NCBI GenBank assembly: GCA_951406725.2
Contig: OX597818.1
Coordinates: forward strand, 135,346,001-135,410,000
Length of the DNA stretch: 64,000 nt
DNA from: Octopus vulgaris
Lineage: Eukaryota
Direction: 5' to 3'
In this document: positions 12,101-22,239 of the stretch, in pieces
How positions within the stretch are numbered: position 1 is the first letter of the stretch
How the letters are laid out: each line of letters begins with the position of its first letter
Translations under genes and position numbers: made by a program
Notes under the pieces: model-generated
What the model saw: the letters and a program-made list of their open reading frames with translations, nothing else
Told to the model about the DNA's origin: nothing
The model's database searches: none

Positions 12101-12254
12101 AATTGTTTCTACTATAGGCACAAGGCCTAAAATTTTGGTAGGGGTGCAGTCGATTTGATCAACCCCAAAAAGATGAAAGGCAAAGTCGACCTCAGCGGAA
12201 TTTGAACTCAGAACATAGTGATGGGCAAAATATAGACTATTGAATAGACCTATC

Positions 12255-12701
12255 AAGCCAAGTGCACCCGTGCTTGTAGCATGTAAAGAGCATCTTTTGA
12301 GTGTTGAGCTTCAAGGAGGCAAGGTGGCTGAGTCACTTTTGAGCGTTGGGCCTCACAGGGGCAATGACCAAGATCTTTGGCATTATGTTGTGCTTGAGAA
12401 GACCCATCAAGCCGAGCAAAATTGCAGTCATGACAGATACTGGTGTCATGCAAATTGGCACCTATGTCAGTAGAACATAAATGCAACCAGGTATCATGTA
12501 AATGGCACTTGTGCCAATGGCACATAAGAGCACCCATTACACTCTCAGAGTGGTTGGCGTTAGGAAGGGCATCCAGCTGTAAAAAAACCATGTCAAATCA
12601 GACTGGAGTCTGGTGAAATCTTCCAGTGTGTCAGCACAGTGAAACTGTCCAACCCATGCCAGCATGGACAATGGATGTTAAATGATGATAATGATAATGA
12701 T
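12255..12701 (+). mobile_element. Diverged RTE-type LINE 3' UTR (family C relative)
   Basis: Similar to 3570-3918; ends in a GAT/AAT tail. Confidence 0.7.
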
Positions 12702-13020
12702 TTCATATTTTCCAGCTCTTTATGTTCTGAGTTAAGATTGAGCTGAATCAACTTTGTTTTTCATCCTTTTTGGGTCAGTTGAGTATAGGAGTAGATGTAA
12801 GCAACTCCCACCCTAAAATTGCTGACCTTGTACTTTTCCAGTAGAATTGTTACCAAGTTGGGCAAAAATACTTATCTGTATTTCTTGTGGCTTTGTTCTG
12901 AATTCAAATTCTGTCAACTTTAAACTTTGCTTTCATTCTTTCAGGATCAATAGAATAGGTATCAGCTGAACACGAGGATTGATGTAATCAATTACTCCTC
13001 TCTAAAATTTTTAGACCTAA

Positions 13021-13340
13021 TGTGGCCGTTGCCAGCGCCACCGCGACTGGCCTCCGTGCCGGTGGCACGTAAAAGCACCATCCGTTCGTGTCCGTTGCCA
13101 GCCTCGCCTGGCCCCCGTAAAAGCACAATCCGTTCGTGGCCGTTTGCCAGCTCCGTCTGGCACGTAAAGAGCACCCATTACACTCGCGGAGTGGTTGGCG
13201 TTAGGAAGGGCATCCAGCCGTAGAAACACTGCCAGATCAGACTGGGCCTGATGCAGCCTTCTGGCTTCCCAGACCCCAGTCAAACCGTCCAACCCATGCT
13301 AGCATGGAAAATGGACGCTAAATGATGATGATGATGATGA
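13021..13340 (+). mobile_element. Family C LINE tail with ~3 repeat units
   Basis: GTGCCGGTGGCACGTAAAAGCACC units, conserved tail and (GAT)n. Confidence 0.85.
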
Positions 13341-13504
13341 ATGCTTTTAGTAGGAAGAATTAGTAAAAGTAGTGGAGTGGCAGAATCAGTTGAGTATTAG
13401 TCAAAATACTTTGTGGTATTTAATTATGGCCCTTTAAACCCCAAGTTCAAATTTCATAGAAGTGAAGTTTTCTACACTCATATCCTATTATTAACTCCAA
13501 TCAA

Positions 13505-15130
13505 GGTGGTAAGCTGGCAGAAACATTAGCATGCTGGGCGAAATGCTTAGCAGTATTTCGTCTGTCTTTACATTCTGAGTTCAAATTCCACCGAAGTCAA
13601 CTTTGCCTTTCATCCTTTTGGGGTCGATTAAATAAGTACCAGTTACGCACTGGGGTCGATGTAATCTACTTAATCCGTTTGTCTGTCCCCTCTGTGTGTA
13701 GCCCCTTGTGGGCAGTAAAGAAATAAGAAACATTAGCATACTGGGCGAAATGCTTAGTGGTATTTCATCTGTCTTTACATTCTGAGCTCAACTTTGCCTT
13801 TCATCATTTTGGGGGTCGATAAATTAAGTACCAGTTGTGTACTAGGGTTGATCTAATCGACTGGCCTCTCCCCACAAAATTTCAGGCCTTGTGGCTAGAG
13901 TAGAAAGAAAAAAAAAAAGTATTATTAGCACACCAGGCAAAATAGTTAGTGGCATTTTGTCTGTCTTTACATTCTGAATTCAAATTCCACCATGGTCAAC
14001 TTTGCCTTTCATCCTTTGGGGAGGGATGGTAAAATAAGTGCCAGTTAAGCACTGGGGGCCTATGTAATTGACTTAACCCTTCCCCCGAAATTGCTGGCCA
14101 TGTGCCAAAATTTGAGACCATTATTAAAGTTATAATTATTGCAAAAATTGGTTTTATGTTTACTTAACAGAAATAACATATCACAGAACAAGATGAAACT
14201 TTAGGTATGCTGGAACCATAATCTCTCATCCTCTAAATCTAAGATAGCTTAGATTATCTAATTTCTTAGTGAAAAGCAATATCTCTTTGTATTTAATATT
14301 CATCCCCAGTAAGACAGCAAGCTGGCAGAGATGTGAATATGCCAGGCAAAATGCTATGTCCATTGCTACTTTCTGAATTCAAAATTCCACTGAGGTTGAC
14401 TTTACCTTTCATCCTTTTGGGGTCAATAAAATAAGTACCAGTTGAGCACTGGGCAGTTTTGGCTCATTTATAGGCACTACAGAACTGCAACACCCCCTAT
14501 TTCCACTCAATATTATTGATAACATTCCATGCTTTTAAGGATCATTTCTTAAGTATGTGTCGCAACAGTATCCGATTCTATTGAGCGGATCAACAACATC
14601 ATGATGATGGGAGATTGCATTGAGTCCTGAGTGTGAAACAGGTTTTTCTTTATCATTTGTTCCTCGCTGTAAACAATTGTGAGAAATCCACTGAGGATCA
14701 TTCTTGAGAGATTTAATAACTCCTTAAAGAGGGACTCAATACTTTCTGAGTCTTTATGGCGGCGAGCTGACAGAAACGTTAGCATGCCGGGCAAAATGCT
14801 TAGCAGTACTTCGTCTGCCGCTACATTCTAAGTTCAAATTCCACCAAGGTCAACTTTGCCTTTCATCCTTTTGGGGTCGATTAAATAAATACCAGTTACG
14901 CACTGGAGTCGACGTAATCCATTTGTCTGTCCTCTGTGTTTAGTCCCTTGTGGGTAGTAAAGAAATAGGTATTTCATCTGTCTTTACAGTCTGAGTTCAA
15001 ATTCCACCGACATTGACTTTGCCTTTCATTCTTTCGGGGTTGATAAATTAAGTACCAGTTGCATATGGGGGTCGACCTAATCAACTGGCCCCCTCCCCCA
15101 AATTTTCGGGCCTTGTGCCTAGTGTAGAAA
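13505..15130 (+). mobile_element. Cluster of at least six same-orientation family B SINE copies or fragments
   Basis: The GAGTTCAAATTCCACC..GGTCAACTTTGCCTTTCATCCTTT motif recurs at ~13580, 13790, 13980, 14380, 14830 and 14995, often head-to-tail. Confidence 0.8.
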
Positions 15131-16541
15131 AGAATATTATTGATAACATTCAATATAATGAGTCCTTTTTTTTTATACTTGTACATTATATAATCCTTAG
15201 GCTTAATGTCAGTAGCCATGCCCTAGTTTATGAAACAAATACAAAAATCATTGTATGGAAATGTGCGCTTCAGTTCCAGCGATGCAGTGTTTGGCTGTTG
15301 TGTGCATGCTCACATGTCCAAGATAGGAAGCTTCACTTCCAACAGGACTTTAACCCATTAGCATTGAAATTATTCTGTCAAATGTTCTGCTTATATATTC
15401 TCATTGTTTTGAATTAATCATGCATTATGTCATAGCTTTGAGATTCTGATGTTATTGTTTATGGAATGATATCTCTACTCCTCATCTCCTAGCATTAAGT
15501 TGCCCCATTTTGGGGCTTGTAAGTCTTAAAAGCAGCATGGTGATCTCACTAGTGTTGGTGGCATGAAAAAAAAAAAGCACCCACTACACACTGGAAAGTG
15601 GTTGGCATTAGAAAGGGTACCCAACCATAGAAACTATGCCAATGTAGATACTGGAGCATAATAAAGTCTTTGAGCTGATGACGTCCAGTCAAATTGTTCA
15701 ACCCATAGCAGCATGGAACATGGGCATTAAAGTATGATTATAATAATTAGGAATCTTTATTGTAATAGCCATATTTTAGTAATTATCAAGATATTTTTTA
15801 ATGTAAAAAGGTGTTGCTAATGTAAAACTGCTGTTACTAATGTAAGGCATTTTATATTCCATACAATAAAACATACCATATAAATTGTTTAGCAGTGCCT
15901 TTAATTAGTGTTATTTTATTTGAATAGGACATCAATTGCTTTGAAAATGTGCCAAAAAGAGCTAGTTACATCTTCAGTTTGGCTAATCATATAGAGATGG
16001 AAATGTTTTCAGGTGTGCGGTTAAGTATTTTGGAAGGTTCTTCCAAATTTTTTTTTTTTTTTTTGAGATAAGCACAAACATTGCTGTATTGCTTCACATG
16101 ATTTCAGGTTGTCTACCATAGCCCTGGGATGTTCAAAGCTTTATGAGTGAATTTAGTAGACAGAAACTGCCATTATGACACACACATATTTGTGTTTTAC
16201 CCTACAACTTAATTAGTACTGCTTTATGCCCTGTATCTTAGGAGTTCAGCAGGCACCGATTGCATCCAGTACGCTCTGTAAAATGGTTCATGTGAGAAAG
16301 ATATCCAGCTATAGAAAACATTACAATGCACAAATAAACCATGTTCCTCTGAGTCACGTTTACAGAGCAGTAATTTCAAATAAGAACCGACTTGGAATAT
16401 GACCAACTAACCCATAGCAACGTGGAGAACTGATGTAAAACATATATAATATGAGAGTTGAGCAACAGGACTCAGTTGTTGCACAAAGAAAACAATAAAG
16501 AAAAAAGAAATCTACCAAGTTCAATACAATACACTCTTTAA

Positions 16542-16760
16542 CCCTTTAGTATTTAAACCGGCCATATCCGGCCAAAATAGTTAATCTGTTTTATGTTCAA
16601 ACTGACCAGATCCAGGCTCTCACACCTACCCTACAATGTTATTCTACATTAAGTAATTACACCATCAAGATCTTGAAGATATGAGATAATGCATGATTAA
16701 TTAAAATCAATGGGAATCAATAGGCATTATGTTTGATAGAATAATCTGAACACTAAAGGG
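16542..16760 (+). mobile_element. piggyBac-type MITE (219 bp, TTAA TSD)
   Basis: TTAA|CCCTTTAGT...ACTAAAGGG|TTAA; near-identical to 28466-28684 and, inverted, to 42851-43069. Confidence 0.9.
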
Positions 16761-17149
16761 TTAAAGGGGTTGATGATAGGACAGGCAGCCAGCTGTAATG
16801 ATTGAGCTAAATTTAATAACACATGAGCAAGATGCAAACCCTCAGCCACTGTAGGAAACATAAAAACTCCAAATAAGAGGTCTCAAGCTGTGTTGACCTG
16901 TCCAACAAATACCGGCACAGAAAGGGAATACAAAACAATGACAACTATGATGTAATTAATGTTTCAGAATTAACCGTCAGGTGTCTTACATTGGAGCAGT
17001 TTCTTATATTCTAGCAGGTCTTGTGGAAATAGTTTTAATCAGGATTAAGTACAAAATATCAAAGCGCACACAAAATGTTGACTGTTGAATAGTTTACCAA
17101 TAATTCAAAAAAATCATTCACCTGCACATAAAACCATTTGCACACACAC

Positions 17150-17418
17150 ATCATCATCGTTTAACGTCTGCTTTCCATGCTAGCATGGGTTGGACGGTTC
17201 AACTGGGGTCTGGGAAGCCCGAAGGCTGCACCAGGCAAGTCAGATCTGGCAGTGTTTCTACAGCTGGATGCCCTTCCTAACGCCAACCACTCCGTGAGTG
17301 TAGTGGGTGATTTTATGTGCCACCGACACAGGTGCCAGACAAGGCTGGCGAACGGCCATGCTCGGATGGTGTTTTTTATGTGCCACCGACACAGGTGCCA
17401 CACGAGGCTGGCGATGGC
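17150..17418 (-). mobile_element. Family C LINE tail
   Basis: Reverse complement of the conserved tail plus ~2 units of the same subtype as the 19.1-19.8 kb array. Confidence 0.85.
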
Positions 17419-17785
17419 AATTTTGAGAAGGACAGAGAGCAATGTATGGTGTGAAACTATTGGATAAAAGGAGGGCTGAGGACTTGATGAGGATGCTGGG
17501 GTTGGAGGAATCAGTGAAACAGCTGGCAAGGGCAAATGGGATGCAGTGGTATGGACATGTGTTGAGGAGGGATGAGTATCATGTTCTGAGGAGAGTGCTT
17601 GAGTTTAAAGCGAATGAACCACGGAAGTGAGGCTGACCAAAGAAAACGTGGAGGGAACAGGTGGAGAAGGAGATTGGGAAGGACGCCCAAAACCGGGCGA
17701 GATGGTGTGAGAGTGGCTGCTGTAAGAGTGAGTAGATCTGGCCACCACTGTTAACGGGGATAAACCTGGATTTAAAATATTGGAA
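17419..17785 (+). mobile_element. RTE/RTEX-type LINE 3' fragment
   Basis: ILRRTE...GVKLLDKRRAEDLMRMLGLEESVKQLARANGMQWYGHVLRRDEYHVLRRVLEF...PKKTW...DAQNRARW. Confidence 0.75.
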
Positions 17786-17797
17786 TTCATTCACATA

Positions 17798-18092
17798 TCT
17801 TTATATGGCATAAAAGTGAAGTTGTGTGTCTGTCTCCTACGATCTAGATTCCTAACTACTCCCACATTTTGCGGTGCAGTTTAACCAAAAGCGGTTAACT
17901 TATAGTCATGATTCATATCGAGCCCTTCTGGGTATTAGCGCACGTCTACGATGAGTCTACAATTTTAAAAAATTACCATAATTTTTCCCATTTTTAATGC
18001 ATTTTTTGCTATTATATAAGGGAAGTAACTCTAAAAATGCTTATATAGTTATTTCGCTTACAAACCCGAGCAACGCCGGGCGATACTGCTAG
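17798..18092 (+). mobile_element. Non-autonomous Helitron
   Basis: A|TC 5' end, subterminal hairpin CCCGAGCAACGCCGGG, CTAG|T 3' end and no TSD. Confidence 0.7.
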
Positions 18093-18391
18093 TATCTATA
18101 TAAAACTATTCACAAATACATCATCTAACATCAACTTTTTCATGTTGGTATAGGTTGTATGGTTTGACAGGATCTGATAAGCCACAGAGCTGTGCCCAGT
18201 TCCAGTGCCATGTTTGACATGGTTAGATGCTTTTCTTGTGCCGCCTGTAACTTACCAGACAGAAAAAAGAGCAGGGAAAAGAATAAAAGTACCCATTTCT
18301 AAGTGTGTGTCTGTGGGGCTTTATGCCGGGTGTTGAAAGGCTAAAGCACGACAGAGACAAGATTAGGCGTCTTGCTCTAGAAGAGACACAC

Positions 18392-18554
18392 AGGAGTGGC
18401 TGTGTGGTAAGTAGCTTGCTAACTAACCACATGGTTCTGGGTTCAGTCCCACTGCGTGGCATCTTGGGCAAGTGTCTGCTATAGCCCCGGGCCGACCAAT
18501 GCCTTGTGAGTGGATTTGGTAGACGGAAACTGAAAGAAACCTGTCGTATATATG

Positions 18555-18591
<37 letters not shown>

Positions 18592-18787
18592 GTGTGTGTT
18601 TGTCCCCTTAGCATTGCTTGACAACCGATGCTGGTGTGTTTACGTCCCCGTCACTTAGCGGTTCGGCAAAAGAGACTGAAAGAATAAGTACTGGGCTTAC
18701 AAAGAATAAGTCCCGGGGTCGATTTGCTCGACTAAAGGCGGTGCTCCAGCATGGCCGCAGTCAAATGACTGAAACGAGTAAAAGAGT
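18392..18787 (+). mobile_element. SINE family A
   Basis: Full-length, colinear with 6333-6743. Confidence 0.9.
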
Positions 18788-19115
18788 TACTTCACATTAT
18801 ATAGGAGTGGGGATTGGAGTAGTTGAGAAAGACAAACGAAAGAAGTGATGGAGTGCCAGAGCAAACTCTCAAGGTACAAGAAAGTGAGCATTGAGAGGAT
18901 ACAGTGGGCCATAGAAAGGGAAGAGAGAATGGATACTTACATAAGAATGTGAGGGGAGAGTAACAGATGCTTAGAGATGAATGTAGTAACAAATAAAGGC
19001 AAAGGTGTGGTTGATAAGAAGTCACTGTATGGAGAGATGTAGAGTGGGAGAGGCAGAAGTGGCTCAGGAAGGATAGATCAGATTTTTTTTTTTTATGTGC
19101 CACCGACACAGGTCT

Positions 19116-19830
19116 GGCACCTGTGTCGGTGACACATAAAAAAAAACACCATCCAAGTGTGGCCATTCGCCAGCCTCGTCTAGCACCTGTGTCGGTGGCA
19201 CATAAAAAACACCATCCGAGCGTGGCCGTTCGCCAGCCTTGTCTGGCACCTGTGTCGGTGGCACATAAAAAACACCATCCGAGCGTGGCCGTTCGCCAGC
19301 CTTGTCTGGCACCTGTGTCGGTGGCACATAAAAAACACCATCCGAGCGTGGCCGTTCGCCAGCCTCGTCTGGCACCTGTCGGTGGCACATAAAAAACACC
19401 ATCCGAGCGTGGCCGTTCGCCAGCCTCGTCTGGCACCTGTCGGTGGCACATAAAAAACACCATCTGAGCGTGGCCGTTCGCCAGCCTCGTCTAGCACCTG
19501 TGTCGGTGGCACATAAAAAACACCATCCTAGCGTGGCCGTTCGCCAGCCTCGTCTGGCACCTGTGTCGGTGGCACATAAAAAACACCATCCAAGCGTGGC
19601 CATTCGCCAGCCTCGTCCGTCACCTGTGTCGGTGGCACATAAAAAACACCATCCGAGCGTGGCCGTTCGCCAGCCTCGTCTGGCACCTGTGTCGGTGGCA
19701 CATAAAAAACACCATCCGAGCGTGGCCGTTCGCCAGCCTCATCTGGCACCTGTGTCGGCGGCACATAAAAAACACCATCCGAGCATGGCCGTTCGCCAGC
19801 CTCATCTGGCACCTGTGTCGGTGGCACACA
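19116..19830 (+). repeat. Tandem array of a 63-bp unit (about 11 full units) within a family C LINE tail that ends at ~20006
   Basis: The CATAAAAAAC register recurs at 19201, 19264, 19327, 19388, 19449, 19512, 19575, 19638, 19701, 19764 and 19827 (period 63; two units of 61). It runs into the conserved tail and (GAT)n. Confidence 0.95.
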
Positions 19831-20167
19831 AAATCACCCACTACACTCTTGGAGTGGTTGGCGTTAGGAAGGGCATCCAGCTGTAGAAACACTGCCAGAT
19901 CAGACTGGAGCCTGGTGCAGCCTTCGGGCTCCCCAGACCCCAGTTGAACCGTCCAACCCATGCTAGCATGGAGAACGGACGTTAAACGATGATGATGATG
20001 ATGATGTAGAGGGATGATGTGTGAGTGGGGTATGAAGGCAGACGTGACAAGATGCAGGAAAAGTGAGATATATGAAATAGAGAAGAGAAATAACTGAAGG
20101 AAACGAAAAAGGAAGAGGTGATCAAACCATGCACACACCCTCACATACATGCATACATATACACATA

Positions 20168-20251
20168 TAAAACAAAAAGAGTAAAACAAACAACAAAAAA
20201 AAGGTGAAGTTTCAATGTATATTTTTAAAGTGTTTTGTGTTTTTATTTATT
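20168..20251 (-). terminator. Candidate polyadenylation signal (overlapping AATAAA at 20247-20242 and 20251-20246) with GU/U-rich downstream element
   Basis: Minus strand reads AATAAATAAAA, then ~30 nt to CATTG, then tttttttttgttgtttgttttactctttttgtttt (20202-20168). Confidence 0.6.
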
Positions 20252-20550
20252 CTTGTATTTTACAAAGTTCCCAACCTGTGAGTGTGTTTTGCATCTTTTA
20301 CAATTTTGTTCAAAACTTGGGAATTCATCTATTGAAATTGTTTTTATTTGAAAAAAAAAAAAAAAAGAAAAAGAAAAAAAAGATCACAGAATTTGAAGAA
20401 AAATAAATACAAAAAAAAAAAACAAACAAACAAACTAAGATACAGCAGAAGTGAGGACTGTTTACATTTCCCAGGTATGTGTATATATATATACACATAC
20501 GATATATGTGTATATATCACACACACACATATATATATATATATACGTAC

Positions 20551-20584
<34 letters not shown>

Positions 20585-20827
20585 CACACATATACGCACA
20601 CACACATACATACATATACACACACACATATAGACACATTTCATAGAGGGGTGGCAGAAACGGGGGCAAATATGTCGATAAGAAAAGAATAAAATAAAGA
20701 GGGAGGGGAGGTGAATGGAAATTTTAGTTTTATTCCATTATTGCAATGTTAGGAGAACTTGTCTCCATTCTCTACAGATTTGCAAGTCATCAGTTAACAT
20801 TCAAATAGACAGCTGCAAAAAACAGAC

Positions 20828-20878
<51 letters not shown>

Positions 20879-21430
20879 CACACACACACATATATATATA
20901 TATGACATGCATCATTTAGCTATAGGGATTGTACAAGGTTATTAACATATACTATCTTAGAAACAGGTCATATCCATTCTGTTTTTAAACTAGTTATCAC
21001 CACCTTTTTAAAGAGGTTGATGATATTCAGGGTAGCAAGTGCTACAATTAAATTGCATCCAACATGGACAAATCAATCTAAACAGCCATATTTTTACTGT
21101 TTTTTTTTTGTTTTGTAAATATATATTTAATATTTCAACAATGAAAGAACTAGATCGACAACTGATTAAAGAGATTTTGATATTACTAGCTTAGTAAATT
21201 AGATTGAAATGGCAAACCAATTAAAAATAAAGGCATATACATCTGTATAGATAAATATACAATTATAAAAAGACGTACACAAGGGAAAAAAAAAAACACA
21301 TATACTACTAATACCAATATAGAAGCAAGGCTAGTTAACTGAACAGAGACAGGTCAAATCAGCTCAGGGCACCGAGATAATTTCAATGACTAAGAGCCCA
21401 CAAAACACACACAGGTAAGTAACCTAAAGC

Positions 21431-21471
<41 letters not shown>

Positions 21472-22177
21472 GATACATATGTATATATATATATATATGT
21501 ACATACACATATGTGTGTGTGTGTATATATACATACATACACATACGTATATATACATACGTATATATACATGCATACACATACGTATATATATATATAC
21601 ATGCATACACATACGTATATATATATATACATGCATACACATACACATATGTATATATATATATATACACATATATAGGTATATATATATACATATATAT
21701 ATACATACATACATATATACATACGTATATATATACATATATACATACGTATATATATACATATATACATACGTATATATATATACATATATATACATAC
21801 GTATATATATATACATATATATATACATATATATATAATACATATATACACATACGTATATATATATACATACGTATATATATATACATACGTATATATA
21901 TATAATACATACGTATATATATATATATACGTATATATATATACACATACGTATATATATATATACATATATACACATACGTATATATATATATACATAT
22001 ATACACATACGTATATATATATATACATATATACACATACGTATATATATATACATATATACACATACGTATATATATATATATTTTGTGTGTATATATA
22101 TACACACACACATACGTTTGTGTGTGTATGTGTACACACACACACACACATATATATATACACACACACACACACAT

Positions 22178-22239
<62 letters not shown>

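Noticed and set aside
19225-19275. HDV-like ribozyme in the repeat unit (CCAGCCTCGTCTGGC resembles HDV P3/L3)
   Set aside because: I could not build P1, P1.1, P2 or the J4/2 catalytic C strand; only a simple hairpin is supported.
19116-19830. CRISPR-like regular repeats
   Set aside because: Units are contiguous near-identical 63-mers with no unique spacers, there are no cas genes, and the context is eukaryotic. It is a tandem expansion in a LINE tail.
18792-20189. Long ORFs (147-223 aa) over the array
   Set aside because: A 63-bp (21-codon) period keeps several frames open on both strands; there is no splice or homology support.
21383-22238. 268-283 aa ORFs
   Set aside because: Translations of the TA/CA microsatellite (YI/VC repeats).
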